Virus record (IMG/VR): IMGVR_UViG_3300014205_000002
Coordinates: 96,001 to 160,000 of that record
Source: a virus
Taxonomy: Duplodnaviria > Caudoviricetes
Length of the DNA stretch: 64,000 bases
Strand: one strand, 5' to 3'
The notes under the pieces are model-generated. The model saw nothing but the letters and a program-made list of their open reading frames with translations. It did no database searches and was not told the DNA's origin. Positions 63,825 to 64,000 of this stretch are shown piece after piece (position 1 is the stretch's first letter; the number at the start of each line of letters is the position of its first letter). A program made the translations under genes and the position numbers.

Positions 63825-64000
63825 GTGCGATCGTTCCGCAGCGAGACCGTCGGTCGGGCCAGGCCGGGCGGCAGGGTCGGGAAGTCATTGAAGACGGCGG
63901 CGGAGATCTCGCGCGTGCCCGTCGAGATGTCGCCCGTCAGCCCCTTGGCCCGGTTGAACTCCTTGATCTTCTCGACCAGCTTGAGGTGATCCGACGTGAC
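63821..64000 (-). CDS. 3' end of a gene truncated by the window edge
   Basis: Open frame ...DHLKLVEKIKEFNRAKG...RNDRT*; ATGA overlap with the next gene. Confidence 0.6.
   Translation of the reverse strand, partial: VTSDHLKLVEKIKEFNRAKGLTGDISTGTREISAAVFNDFPTLPPGLARPTVSLRNDRT

Noticed and set aside
1-64000. tRNA, rRNA, integrase, att sites, reverse transcriptase or DGR
   Set aside because: No cloverleaf with a T-loop, no recombinase or RT motifs and no template/variable repeat pair seen by eye; a tRNAscan/Infernal run would be needed to exclude them fully

Overview
This is a GC-rich (about 65% by eye) segment of a large tailed-phage or phage-plasmid genome. I found no rRNA, tRNA, CRISPR array, integrase or transposase. 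Positions 1-50051 are a densely overlapping + strand early/middle region. It carries a MoxR-type AAA+ ATPase and DUF2201 VWA-metallopeptidase pair followed by four tandem LRV/HEAT-like helical-repeat paralogs, an HD hydrolase, a Rad52/Sak annealase and two further tandem paralog families. It also holds a dispersed DNA-modification toolkit (two solo DUF262 proteins, a Mom-like XF1762 GNAT, a TGT/DpdA-like barrel, a PAPS-reductase/DndC-like enzyme, DUF6884), nucleotide kinases and SbcDC. A lambda-like replication module sits at 32041-33914: an initiator with six internal GGGGT-N7-ACCCC iterons plus a DnaC-like loader. It is preceded by a predicted pseudoknotted RNA and a predicted antisense sRNA with its own promoter and terminator. 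After an HU/AbrB divergent switch come probable virion genes, including two different peptidoglycan hydrolases that share one N-terminal domain. RusA and a - strand block with ThyX, a Dam-type methyltransferase and a SEC-C protein follow. The best candidates for undescribed systems are the AAA/VWA/4xLRV operon, the RNA elements upstream of the replicon, the TGT+PAPS-reductase+DUF6884 modification set and the shared-adaptor lysin pair. All family calls come from motif recognition by eye, not database searches.
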